The notes beneath the pieces were generated by a model. The model saw only the letters and a list, made by a program, of their open reading frames with translations. It had not been told where the DNA came from and ran no database searches. DNA of 64,000 nt from Macrostomum lignano (lineage: Eukaryota), in the NCBI GenBank assembly GCA_002269645.1, contig NIVC01000430.1, positions 124,001 through 188,000 of the forward strand, in the 5' to 3' direction. The first letter of the stretch is position 1, and every line of letters starts with the position of its first letter. The position numbers were made by a program, and so were the translations under genes. This document shows positions 22,037 to 36,011 of the stretch, in pieces.

Positions 22037-22803
22037 TTTAAAAATCTTGTCTCACTTACTCGACGCAAACTTACTAAGTTAACTAAGTTAAGTACAAGAT
22101 AAAGATTATTGTCAGAAACTATTTTGAGTACAACGCAAGCTAAAAAAATCGCATCAGGCACAGGCAGATTTGCTATTAGAATTCTCTCAGTTCATATATA
22201 GCTTAAGAATATAGTTGCTTAAGACAAGAATATGAAATATGAAATTTACCTTACAGAGTTGGCAGAGTTGGCCGGTAATGGAAACTTGAAACTGGAAAAG
22301 TTAAATTGCAATCAGCTGATATGAACTTTAATTTTTATAGTACCGTATAAAAATAGAAACGTGTATTCTAAGTAATTTTACAATTTTAAGTGCTGCTGAG
22401 GGCTAAATAATTACGTAGTAGCGTGTTTTACTAGAACCAGTGTTAAACCTTGTGCTGTTTTAAATCACCTATTTTCTATGAAAGATGTGTCTTTTTTCTG
22501 TTTCCTTAAGCAATTATCTGCGTTCGAGGGTACGAGAAAACTGTGTATCAATTTGACAATCAGCACATATCGGTTAGCCAGCAGAAAGCGTCACCATTAG
22601 CATTATTGATTCGAAAATTTGTTCGGGTTTAATACTTCGATATAGAAACCTTTTTAGTTGACCAATTTCTCCATTTTATCGTCTTGGACTTTTCAGAGCA
22701 TCATCGAATCACACAATTATACCAACCTGTTGATTAGATTGAACCCAGAATCACAATTGAAAGCCTAACGATAGCAATCAGGCTCTCCAGAAACATTTGA
22801 TTT
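22037..22803. promoter_or_regulatory. Putative bidirectional promoter region between the UBE2H and paxillin start codons
   Basis: Divergent ATGs 768 bp apart; no specific motif established. Confidence 0.5.
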
Positions 22804-25800
22804 ATGGATGAATTAGGTATGTCATAAATCATAATTTATATTGAATTGATGACAGTTTATAATCAGTTGTATACTAGGCCTATGAGTATGAGTAGGCCTA
22901 TGAATTAATAGTCTTAATCATAATCTAAAATTCTATTTCTATGTCAATAATTCTGGATAAATTCATAGTAGTTTTTACAATTAATCTATTAGTATTAGGC
23001 GGCTAGGCCTAAGTTGGATATTTGTAGATTGTTCTGATATTTTATTTTTAGAAGGCCTAAAATAAATGATCTATACTTTTGTTTAATGGCTATATATGGC
23101 TTAAAGTATATAGTATAAAGTAATATAACTTTATGTAACATATAAAGTCATATAAATTATATAGTATAAAGTCAAACTTAGAACAAGAAAAATATCATCA
23201 TTGTAATGGTTTGATATTTCTATAATTAGAAACGAATGCATTTTTTTAAACTTTTGTTGCAATACTAATTAGTAGCTATTATAATAGTGTATATAAATTT
23301 ATTCTAAGGTTTTAAAGATATTTTGTTTTGTTTAATTAGATTCTGTTTCCAAGAAAGTCAATTCAATTATTTATTATATGAGTTGATTCATTCCTCAATA
23401 GTTGACTCATTACAATTATAGGATACAGTGTCCATAGTTATATATAAAAAGTGTGTATGAAATAGAAGCACCTTATCTAATAACAAAATACAACTATAAT
23501 TGCAATATAATTAGTAAATAAATAAATTTATAATAGTCCTAAAAATACATACTGTACATTAATAGAAAAATCTAATTACTAGCACTCATTTACATGCTCA
23601 TATAATAAATGAATTGATGGCCCTGACTTTCTAAATAATCATCAGAATGGGATTTGGCCTTCACATATATGATTTGCACAAAAAAACTTTTAGCTCAAGA
23701 GTATAGGTCTATTTAGTCCATAAAGGTTTTTAAGCTTTTTATAATATTGACTAGAACCATAGACATGACTATTACTAATTATTATTAGTTATGCCTAAGC
23801 CTAAGTCTTAGGTCTTAAGTCTAGGCTTAATTGAAAAAAAACTTAATGAAATAAACAAAATTGTTTAAATATTCTGCTCCAACAGAAACCCTCATTGAGG
23901 AGTTGCAAGAATCTGTCAAGAAGGCAGTGAGCAGCCCCCCAGCCAACTATGTTCGAGTTCATGAATTTGTAAGTAAAAAAGTCACCAGTGTTATTAATCC
24001 ATCATTTGTAGACTGCACCAACTAAAGTAAATTAATATTAATGCCCTATATGACAATTACCACTCCCACAACCAGTGCTGAGGCAATTCTGACCATTCTG
24101 CTGACTCCTGAGTTAATACTGTACGCAGGCATGCACTCATACACATGCACACACAATGTGTACAGTGGCCCTGACTTTCTAATAGTCAGACATGTACAGT
24201 CTCTTGCTGGTTGGCCCTCGTGCCAATAATGTTTTGCATGAACAACAAGCCCTAAACAATGTGGCCAAATGTAATGGAATCTGACAATTTGCAGACCGCA
24301 GACTATGCTGAAGCTGCTCAACATTCCGGCTCTGTGTTTCGCGACAACATGAACGAAATCGAAAGAATGCTCGACCAGCTGGAGGAGTCTGGTTAGTAGT
24401 ATAACATTGGTAGTACTGTATGTCATGACTCCTCCTGGAGAAGGAGCGCATGTCATGAGTCTTTCCCTATTTTTACCTGTGCTTCCTGCAACGACTGACG
24501 CTTCTTAGCCTGGGTACCGTTTTCATCAGACGCTGTGCATATTTTCAACAGTCCTTATCAGTTATCAGTGCTCATTCATTCTGCTAGACAGTTGTCAATC
24601 AATCAAATGCTCCTACGCTAGGTTTTTTGACTCATTAAATAGTTAAGATAATAGATTGAAAAATAATTCATTTCTTCTGACATGTTATTTGTGTTGTTAA
24701 TCTTTCAGACTATCAGGCCAACGATAAGAGCGCACCTCAGCGCAGGTGAGAATATGCTGACGCACAATCTTTATGAGATAATTATAGATTATTATGGTAA
24801 CAGTTCGTGCTATTAAAGAGTATTATTCATATTTACAATTTATCGACTGAGTTTTTTATTAAAAAAACTCTTTGACAGCAAGCCAAGCTATGCTTCATCA
24901 GATTCACTGATTCTTATAGTTTTACAATTCCCCTAAGCTTCACAGTCACCTAAGCTTCACAAATCCTTTTAGAAGCTTCACAACTCCCTAAGTTTCACAA
25001 ATACCTAAGCTTCACAAATCCCTAAGCTTCACAAATCGCCTAAGCTTCACAAATCCCTAAGCTTCACAAATCGCCTAAGCTTCACAATCCCCTAAGCTTC
25101 ACAATCCCAAAAGCTTCACAATCCCATAAGCTTCACAATCCCATAAGCTTCGCAATCCCCTGAGCTTCACAATCCCCTAAGCTTCACAAATCCGTAAGCT
25201 TCACAATCCCCTAAGCTTCATAAATCGCCTAAGCTTCACAATCCCCTAAGCTTCACAAATCCGTAAGCTTCACAATCCCCTAAGCTTCACAATCCCATAA
25301 GCTTCTCAATCCCCCAAGCTTCACAAATCCCTAAGCTTCACAACCCTAAGCTTCACAATCCCCTAAGCTTCACAACCCTAAGCTTCACAATCCCCCAAGC
25401 TTCACAAATCGCCTAAGCTTCACAATCCCTTAAGCTTCACAATCCCCTAAGCGTCACAATCCCCTAAGCTTCACAAATCCCAAAGCTTCACAATCCCCTA
25501 AGCTTCACAAATCCCCTAAACTTCTTAATCCCCTAAGCTTCAGAGTCCCCTCAGCAGGTCTCGATAATATACTCGTATTTCTTTAGACTTTACAAGCCTG
25601 TTTCCTGGAACAGCTACGAGTATTTCCTAGAAAAAATTAATTTTAATGACTTCGTATGTGGAAATCATTTTCAGTCCAGCCAGTCCTTCATTCACGCTGG
25701 AGAGTCTGATGAACGATCTGAAGGAGTTTCAGGTTAGATGCGCCGTAGTTTACTCTTATTTATATTATTTGTTTACTTATAAATTACATAACGGATTTTA

Positions 25801-28800
25801 AGAACATTTCATAATCATAACCTACAAACTGTGTATGAACAGGAATTGTCATTTTACCTGAAGACTTTGGAGCTGGAAGTGCGTCTGAAATCTCAGCGTT
25901 GTCTTCTATCTATATATTTGTTTTAAAACAAGTTTTCATCTTTGTTAAGTTAAAAAGTTCTGTTCTTAATCTTTAGCATGCAAATGTGTACTACTGTTAG
26001 TAGCCAAAGCCTTACAATGCCTAGTAAGTAGAACAGGGGTTGGCAAGCTCCGGACCGCAAAGCCTCTCTATCTGGGCCTCGGGTCCTTTGATACTCTACA
26101 ATAGCAATCCGTCCGCGCAAGGTTTGTGTCTCTTCTCAGCTCTCTTCTCTTTGATCTCATTTTCTCTCCTCTCCTATCCTCTACTCTCTTCTCCTCTCCT
26201 CTCTTCTCTCCTCTCCTTTTTTCCTCTTCTCCTCGTCTCTACTCTCCTCTCCTCTCCTCCTCTCCTCTCCTTTTCTCTCCTCTCCTCTCCTCTCCTCTCC
26301 TCTCCTCTCCTCTCGCCTCTCCTTTCCTCGCCTCTCCTCTCCTCTCCTCTCCTCTCCTCTTCTCTCCTCTCCTCTTCTCTCCTCTCCTCTCCTTTTCTCT
26401 CCTCTTCTCTCCTCTCCTCTCCTTTTCTCTCCTCTCCTCTTCTCTCTCCTCTCCTCTCCTCGCCTCTCCTTGCCTCTCACTTCTCTTCCTCCTCTCCTCC
26501 CCTCTCGTCTCCTCTCTTCTTCTTTATCCCCTCGCCGTTCCTTTCTCATATCTCTCCATCTGCCTCTTGTTGTAAAAAAGTGTGCCGACCCCTGAAGCAG
26601 AGAAAAGTGGTGACACATGTTCAATGTTCAGTTCGCATGAAATTTCTGTTGATAAACGTTCTCTTTCACACTTAAATGGTTTAGAAATCTTTCCTTGTGC
26701 ACTACTTGTCAAGTATATATAGCGGGATATGCAAATCTAATTATAAAATCAAAACTGTCACCGCAGTTGGAGCACGAGCTGGCTTTGAGTCGGCTGTCTG
26801 CTCATCAGAGAACTCTGGCATCCCAGTCTCAGCAGGGGGCACCGGCTTCATCCCAGTCTCCTCGACCGCCGTCCACTAGACAGGCGATTTCGCAATCAGC
26901 CACGAATCACAGTCCGGGTGGCGGAGTTGGGCAGACATCTGGCACAGTGTGCGCTGCTTGTGGCGAACAGATTCACGGACAGGTTGGTGACAGTGCAGAT
27001 TGACGATATTTTGCGGTCTAGTATGAGTGAGAAAATGTGTTTATTTATAGCCTATGAGTGTTTATGTGTACCTTATATAAGTGCACGGGTGTGTCTGTGT
27101 TTATTTGGAGCCCGTAGGTGTTTATAATATGTTTATTGAAATTTATTAGTGTGTTTGTGTGTTTATTGAATTTTATGAGTGTGTTTATGTGTTTATATTA
27201 GCCAATGGGTGTGTTTGTCTGTTTATTGAAGTATATGAGTGTGTTTATGTGTTAATTGAAGTATATGAGTGTGCTTATGTGTTTATATTAGCTAATGGGT
27301 GTGTTTGTGTGTTTATTGAAGTATATAAGTGTGTTTATGTGTTTATATAAGCCCATGGGCGTGTTTATGTGTTTATATAAGCCCACGGGTATTTTGTGTT
27401 TATTTAGAGCCCATGTGTGTTTATGTGTTTTTTTATAAACTATGACTCTGAGTGTTTTTTGTGTTTATATAAGCCCATGGATGTGTTTATGTGCTTATTT
27501 ATAGCCTATGACTATGAGTGTGTTTATGTCGGCCCATGGGTGTATTTATGTGTTTATTAGAGCCTATAAGTATGTTTGTGTTTATTAAAGCCTACGAGTG
27601 TTTCTATTCGATCAAATAAATTTGTTTATGAATAAATAAATATATGAATGCGTAGGCAAATAAATCAGTGCGTTTATATATACGAGCCTATGAAATATGA
27701 TTGTTTATATTATAACGTTTATAGATGTGAATTCATAGTGTGCTTAGTTGTTTACATTCGCAACCGGCTGCTCCCAGATGGTGCAAGCGCTCGGTCGGGC
27801 CTGGCACCTGCATCATTTCGTGTGCGCCGGCGGCTGCGGCTCCCAGCTTAGCCAGCAGACATTCTATGAAGTCTCAAATTCTCCCTACTGTGAGCCCTGC
27901 TATCAGTTGGAATTCTCGCCGAAATGCGCCCAATGCGACGGCGCCATCTTGGACAGGTGTCTGACTGCCCTAGGCCGGCGCTGGCATCCCGAGCACTTCT
28001 TCTGCCAGATGTGCACCGCGCCGTTTAGCGAGACCTCCGGTTTTCACGAGAAAGACGGCCGGCCCTATTGCCTAGACTGCTACAGCGATCAGTTTGCGCC
28101 GAAATGCCGGGGCTGCTCTGCTCCCATTACTGCTAATTATGTCACCGCCATGGCCAGCATGTGGCATCCTGAGTGCTTTGTGTGTCAGGTGAGTCACTGT
28201 GTCTTGTTATTGTCTTTGTCACTGTGTCTTTGTCACTGTGTCTTTGCCACTGTGTCTTTGTCACTGTGTCTTTGTTACTGTGTCTTTTGTTATTGTCTTT
28301 GTCACTGTGTCTTTGTCACTGTGTCTTTGTTACTGCTTCTTTGTTACTGTGTCTTTGTTACTGTGTCTGTCACTGTCTTGTCATTGTGTCTTTCACTGTG
28401 TCTTTTTACTGTGTCTTTCACTGTGTCTTAGTTACTGTGTCTTTTTACTGTCTTTGTTACTGTGACAGTCACAGTGTCTTCGCTGCAGTGTCAGTCACGC
28501 TGTCCTGGTGATAGTCACTAGGTGATTGGTGATGCAAGGAGCTAGATTATCAGTGGTGCAGGGAGCGAGTGATACAAGAAGTAGGAATTTTTCAGATACT
28601 TTATCTTAATTTATGATAAAACTAGCAAAAATGTTGCAGAAAAAAAAGTGACTTTATATCGTGAACTTAAGTACAGACTCGGAAGCCTAATCCTCAAGTT
28701 CAGACGTGCCAGAGATGCCGCAGTATACGAGGCTGGAGACTCGCCGCCGCAGTGCACTGAGATAATGAGATTGCTAAGTCCCGGCCTAGCTTAGGAATAC

Positions 28801-30281
28801 CACGCTGAGCCTCGTGACCTGGAATAATTTACTTTTTTATGCGCAACCCCGGCGGCCTCAGATGATCGAGTTTTGGCTGAAAAGTTATCTCAAGTCATAC
28901 CGCTTTGCTCATGGATGCTGACTTGGCTAAGTTAACACAGCTCCCTACCCACTCTACTGAGCCAGCATCCGCTCCCTCCCCACTCTACTGAGCCAGCATC
29001 CGCTCCCTCCCCACTCTATCTAACCAGCATCCGCTCCCTCCCCACTCTATCCAACCAGCGTCCACTCCCTCCCCACTCTACCGAACCAGCATCCGCTCCC
29101 TACCCACTCTGCCGAGCCAGCATCCGCTCCCTCCCCACTCTATCAAACCAGCATCCGCTCCCTCCCCACTCTACTGAGCCAGCATCCGCTCCCTCCCCAC
29201 TCTGCCGAGCCAGCATCCGCTCCCTCCCCACTCTATCAAACCAGCATCCGCTCCCTCCCCACTCTACCGAGCCAGCATCCGCCCCTCCCCACTCTACCGA
29301 GCCAGCATCCGCTCTCCCCACTCTATCAAACCAGCATCCGCTCCCTCCCCACTCTACCGAGCCAGCATCCGCCCCTCCCCACTCTACCGAGCCAGCATCC
29401 GCTCTCCCCACTCTATCAAACCAGCATCCGCTCCCTCCCCACTCTACCGAGCCAGCATCCGCTCTCCCCACTCTACCAAGCCAGCATCCGCTCCCTACCT
29501 TCAATACAGGACTGCGGTCGCGACCTTGGCGGCGGCAACTTTTACGACCTGTCTGGGCGGCCGTACTGCGAGCAGCATTACCATACCAGGCGGGGCACCC
29601 TGTGCGTGGCCTGCGAAAGAGCCATCACCAGCCGCTGCATCACCGCTATGGGGCGCAAATTTCATCCGGAATGCTTCAAGTGCGCCTTCTGCAACAAGCA
29701 GCTCAGCCAGGGAACTTTTAAGGTAATTCTTTCTTAACAGTGTTTGTGTCTTTGTGTACAAATGCACTACATGGTGTACAAATGCACTACAGGTTGTATA
29801 AATGCAGTACAGGGTGTACAAATGCAGTAAAGAGTTTACAAATGCCGTACAGGGTGTACAAATGCAGTACAGGGTGTACAAATGCCGTACAGGGTGTACA
29901 AATGCAGTACAGGGTGTAAAAATTCAGTACAGGGTGTAAAAATGCAGTACAGGGTGTACAAATGCAGTACAGGGTGTACAAATGCAGTACAGGGTGTACA
30001 AATCCCGTACAGGGTGCGCAAATTCAGTGCAGCCTATTCCAAACACCATTGTGAAGAACTGCAATTGTTTATTGCCAGCCAAGCAATTTCTCTCTTCTGT
30101 TGTGCCGTAACTCGTGACCTGTGCGTTTTGTTGCATCTCACAATATGCTGCATTTTGTTGCTGCTTCTGACATTCTCCAAGGTAACTAACTCTGTACTAC
30201 ACCCACACTCCGCTATTGCAGGAAAAAGAGAGCAAGCCCTATTGCAGCGACTGCTACGGGAAATTGTTTAGCAAAAAGTGA
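22804..30281 (+). CDS. PXN: Paxillin/leupaxin-family protein (LD motifs plus 4 LIM domains); exons 22804-22816, 23886-23968, 24295-24391, 24709-24745, 25675-25732, 25843-25878, 26767-26982, 27778-28188, 29510-29722, 30222-30281 (407 aa)
   Basis: 13-bp first coding exon MDEL(E), like the paxillin MDDL(D) exon; LD-type motifs [35 protein letters not shown]; four LIM domains CxxC..H..HF.C..C..C..C/H ending [16 protein letters not shown]. All ten exons GT-AG and phase-consistent (1224 bp). The N-terminal micro-exons are less certain than the LIM exons. Confidence 0.9.
24935..25545. repeat. About 18-bp minisatellite (CCTAAGCTTCACAATCC) in paxillin intron 4
   Basis: Directly visible. Confidence 0.93.
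26135..26555. repeat. CT-rich (CTCTC)n-type low-complexity tract
   Basis: Directly visible. Confidence 0.9.
27020..27600. repeat. Degenerate GT-rich repeat (GTGTTTATGTGTTTATAT...) in paxillin intron 7
   Basis: Directly visible, diverged units. Confidence 0.8.
28190..28475. repeat. About 14-bp repeat (CTGTGTCTTTGTCA) starting at the donor of paxillin exon 8
   Basis: Directly visible. Confidence 0.9.
28945..29500. repeat. About 31-bp C-rich minisatellite (CCACTCTACCGAGCCAGCATCCGCTCCCTCC) abutting the paxillin exon 9 acceptor
   Basis: Directly visible. Confidence 0.93.
29745..30015. repeat. 20-bp minisatellite (GGGTGTACAAATGCAGTACA) in paxillin intron 9
   Basis: Directly visible. Confidence 0.92.
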
Positions 30282-30455
30282 ACCAATATTCAATATTCAA
30301 CATTCTATGCCCTGCTTTGGTAACAAATAATGACACTTTTCTATTACTATATTATCTGTGTGTAAAAATTTGCCGGAAATTTATCATATTCCTTATCGTC
30401 GCTGTTCTGTAAGTTTCCCTGCTTTTTAAACATTTATAGATTCTAAACTACTGCG

Positions 30456-30826
30456 GTAGAGTGGGTAGGGAGCGGATGCTGGCACAGCACAGAGTGGGTA
30501 GGGAGCGGATGCTGGGCACTGTACAGAGTGGGTAGGGAGCGGATGCTGGGCACTGTACAGAGTGGATAGGGAGCGGATGCTGGGCACTGTACAGAGTGGG
30601 TAGGGAGCGGATGCTGGCACAGCACAGAGAAGGTAGGCAGCGGATGCTGTCACAACACAGAATGGTTAGGCAGCGGATGCTAGGCACTGTACAGAGTGGG
30701 TAGGGAGCGGATGCTGGCACAGCACAGAGTGGGTAGGGAGCGGATGCTGGCACAGCACAGAGTGGGTAGGGAGCGGATGCTGGCACAACACAGAGTGGGT
30801 AGGGAGCGGATGCTGGCACAGCACAG
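30456..30826. repeat. About 33-bp minisatellite (AGAGTGGGTAGGGAGCGGATGCTGGCACAGCAC), reverse-complement relative of the 28945-29500 array
   Basis: Shared core CCAGCATCCGCTCCCT(A/C)CCCACTCT on opposite strands. Confidence 0.9.
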
Positions 30827-31319
30827 ATTTAGGAGGCAGCACTATTAATTTAACGACTCAGAAACATTTTGATTTAATCTATTCTGCCTATTATTGTTCT
30901 TGACACGCACTCAGTTTTTTTAAGGTAGCGTAATGGCCTTCAACAGTAATCAAATCACCTGATACTTCATGGAGGTAATTTTTCGTTAAAGCAGCTTCTC
31001 ATTGTGAAGAAGTATGTCAACTTGACTAAATATCAACTGACAGAGCCGGAAGCGAACGATAATCTGTCATTTTCTGGCATTGAAATTTTAACTTTTGTGT
31101 CCTTTTATGGTCGCTAAATATGAAAATCAAGCATATCAATAAATTTTGTATCGTCTTTGTATCCATCTGCAGATTCATTTTTACAGTTTGCTGTTTTCTT
31201 TTTTTCTAACTGCGTCTGTTTTGGCATTGTGTCTACTGTTATTTATTTCAATGTTAACAGACAGGCTGATTAGTTCAATCAGTGCGTGAAATCCAGCATT
31301 TCATTCGGTACGGGCTTGG

Positions 31320-31325
31320 CAGACT

Positions 31326-31361
<36 letters not shown>

Positions 31362-31590
31362 CTAAGACAGACACACAGACAGACACACAGACAGACAGAC
31401 AGACAGACAGACACACAGACAGACACACAGACAGACAGACACACAGACACACAGACAGACACACAGACAGACAGACACACAGACAGACAGGAAGACAGAC
31501 AGACAGACAGGAAGACAGACAGACACACAGACAGACACACAGACAGACAGACACACAGACAGACAGACACACAGACAGACAGACACAGGC
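31320..31590. repeat. (GACA)n microsatellite with GACACA interruptions
   Basis: Directly visible. Confidence 0.95.
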
Positions 31591-32184
31591 AGTCAGATCG
31601 AGAGAGAAACTGGCAGGCAGGCAGGCGTGCACTCTGGCATCAGTTTGGCTCTAATTGGAAGCAGAGAAAGAGCAGTCTGCACTCTGCAGTATGCAAATGG
31701 TGTCACAGCAAGTGCTCTCATCTCCCCATACCGTATGTTGTCAACTTATTCTCGTGGCGACTGCGAAATTCTGTTAAACCCTCCAGATCGCGGACTTCTC
31801 TAAGCTTCACTTGGTGCCCTCTAGTCTTATCAGTTTGCGGACTCTCCCTCTCTCTCCATGGGTCTTGCCGAGGTTGCTAATTAATTATGGGCCAAGCTAA
31901 TTATGGGAACAGGACCCTGCAGTAGCGTCTTTTCGCTGCCAAGTCCCCTAGCGGTCTCCTACTGTCTCTTTCTGTCTCTAATCCCTACATTTCTCCATCC
32001 ACCCCGTGATCGGATCGGTGTTAATCCCCTAGAGACTTTAGAGAAAGAGAGAAGCTGGATTGATGAAGCTTCTGGGATACTGAGAACAGACTGGCAGCTG
32101 TGAGATGCACATCTGTAGGTACAGTTTCTAATTTAGATTGTGAGACCTAGTTAATTTCTCAAGTTGCCTTTGAGATTCATGGGC

Positions 32185-33230
32185 TAGTATGCTGTCTATG
32201 GGCTGGTGTTTATATGCTGTCTATGGGCTGGTGTTTATATGCTGTCTATGGGCTAGTGCGTTTATGCTGTCTATGGGCTGGTGTTTATATGCTGTCTATG
32301 GGCTGGTGTTTATGCTGTCTATGGGCTGGTGTTTATGCTGTCTATGGGCTGGTGTTTATATGTTATCTATGGGCTGGTGCTTATATGCTGTCTATGGGCT
32401 GGTGTTTAAATGCTGTCTATGGGCTGGTGTTTATATGCTGTCTATGGGCTGGTGTTTAAATGCTGTCTATGGACTGGTGTTTAAGCTGTCTGGGCTGGTG
32501 CTTATATGCTGTCTATGGGCTGGTGTTTATATGTTGTCTATGGGCTGGTGTTTATATGCTGTCTATGGGCTGGTGTTTATGCTGTCTATGGGCTGGTGCT
32601 ATTATATGCTGTCTATGGGCTGGTGCTTATATGCTGTCTATGGGCTGGTGTTTATATGCTGTCTATGGGCTGGTGTTTATGCTGTCTGTGGGCTGGTGTT
32701 TATATGTTATCTATGGGCTGGTGCTTATATGCTGTCTATGGGCTGGTGTTTATATGCTGTCTATGGGCTGGTGTTTATGCTGTCTATGGGCTGGTGTTTA
32801 TGCTGTCTATGGGCTGGTGTTTATGCTGTCTATGGGCTGGTGTTTATATGCTGTCTATGGGCTGGTGTTTATGCTGTCTGGGCTGGTGTTTAAATATGTT
32901 ATCTATGGGCTGGTGCTTATATGCTGTCTATGGGCTAGTGCGTTTATGCTGTCTATGGGCTGGTGTTTATATGCTGTCTATGGGCTGGTGTTTATGCTGT
33001 CTATGGGCTGGTGTTTATGCTGTCTATGGGCTGGTGTTTATGCTGTCTATGGGCTGGTGTTTATATGTTGTCTATGGGCTGGTGTTTATGCTGTCTATGG
33101 GCTGGTGTTTATGCTGTCTATGGGCTGGTGTTTATGCTGTCTATGGGCTGGTGTTTATGCTGTCTATGGGCTGGTGTTTATGCTGTCTATTGGCTGGTGC
33201 TTATATGCTGTCTAAAGGCTAGTGTTTATG
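32185..33230. repeat. 24-26-bp minisatellite (TATGCTGTCTATGGGCTGGTGTTTA)
   Basis: Directly visible; source of several spurious ORFs. Confidence 0.95.
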
Positions 33231-33679
33231 CTGTCGAAGCCAAAACCACCGAGAGCTTTTCTCAAAAAGAACATTTTGACACTGAAAAAATAACTGACTT
33301 TTCTCTCCGCAGCTAAAGCACACCAATTGGGCGTATTTTAAGAAGATGCAGGAAATCGAGAAAATTAATTTTCAACCATTTTTTATTAAATTAATCAACC
33401 CCTTGATAACTGTAGGCTGCAGCTGAGCTCTCTGCGTCTGTCAGATTAATCTGCGAATTGCGCTGAACCAAGTGCTGGTGCTGACACGAATGCGAAATCG
33501 GATTGCGTGTCCTGAGGGATAAAAAACTGCTAGCAGTTTGAAGCTCCTTGGGCGCTACTTAGTGGGAGAAAATCCCTTTTCGGGTAAGGGACAGCAGGCG
33601 GCTGAAATGCTGCGCAGGTGGCACAAAATGCGATTCTGCTGATGCAATTCCATGGCTTGAGACGGGAGCTCTCATACAC

Positions 33680-34670
<991 letters not shown>

Positions 34671-35177
34671 TTTAAGTTTTCCAAAACGCAGAATTAAATT
34701 TTTATCGCTTTGCACCTAACGAAGCATTGGATTTCATACACTGGTTAAACTGATGGATCAGATGAAGATGCGGCAAGTCAGCATTGAATTGGATCGCGGA
34801 TTTCGTGATGGCGAGTAGCTTCACTTGCTGCCTGTCTGCGATGTCTTGTAACAAAACCAATTAAAAGAGAAAAGTACAAACAGTTTGCTGGCGAGCCAAC
34901 GAATATATAAATTTACAATCGCGAGAATACGGGAGCTGGTTAAATTGAGGAATTTCAATCGGAGCAGCAATAAGGATGTGGGTTGGCGGAGAACTCAGGA
35001 AATGGGAATAAACCAGAGTAGTTCCTGTCTTAGCGCAAGAATCCGCAAGTCCCAGTTAACGGCCGCCGCAAGCAGCCTCCTTCCTCTTTGAGCCGCCGCC
35101 GCCGTGGGTGTCCAGTTTCCGTTTTTTTCTTTGCTTTGCTCTTTCTCTCTCTTCATTTCTGTTTCTGTCTCCGGTTC

Positions 35178-35395
35178 TCACTGGAGCAGCAGACTGTCTT
35201 CTTGCTCTCCCATACCGACAGATTTCTCCTGTTGCAGAAGTGGCAGAATTTGCTGCTGCTGCTCCCGGCAACCGGAGATGTTCGGGTCGGAGCGATAGCA
35301 GAACACTGAGCCGCAGAGCAGAGCGGAAGAGTCTGACGCACTGCTGGGTGCTGCGGCACAATTTTCCTGCTGCTGTTGCTGTTGTTGTTTCTGCG

Positions 35396-35439
<44 letters not shown>

Positions 35440-36011
35440 GCCGCCTGACTGGAGGCACAGTACTGCGAGCTCAGACGGCAGTTCTCAAGTCTGCTTCCTC
35501 CGTCATTGGCGTCGACAAGAACGCAGGACTCTCGTTCGGATTCGTTCTCGTTGTCGTCATCGGAGGCGGCTTCAATGATGCGAATTGGCACCGGGCACTG
35601 CACGGCCGTTTGCAGGGTTGCCGTGACTACTGGCTTGTGAACCGTCAGCGCTGGCGTTCTGACAGCAGGCTCCTGCAGCGGCGGCGGCGGCGGCTTCGGC
35701 GCTTCAGCTGAAACTGCCGACTGACCTGTCAGCCTTGACCATCGAATTCGCCTTAGCAGCTGACAGCATCCGCTGCCTCCAGTGACTAGCGGCAGCAGCA
35801 TGCTGCAGATCATGAGGAACAGGATGCAGCTGAGCACTGTCACCAACACGTTGAGCACAGTGCTATTGTTGGCAGGAGATTTCGACGACTGGTTCGCCAT
35901 CGACCTGCTGTTCGTGGCGTTTTTGTTCGAGTTTACATGCAGTTGCGGCTCGCCGTGTTGCAGCAGCTGGGCTTTGACCAGGCCGAACAGCAGGAATATA
36001 ATAAAGTGCAT
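35178..36011 (-). CDS. Orphan putative type I membrane glycoprotein (277 aa): signal peptide, short N-glycosylated ectodomain, TM helix, Pro/Gln-rich tail
   Basis: MHFIIFLLFGLVKA signal-like start; sequons NAT, NQS and NNS/NST; hydrophobic VLNVLVTVLSCILFLMICSMLLPLV followed by Cys/Arg; PPPPP and poly-Q tracts; GC-rich coding-like composition. No family recognised; the 3' end could be spliced. Confidence 0.65.
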
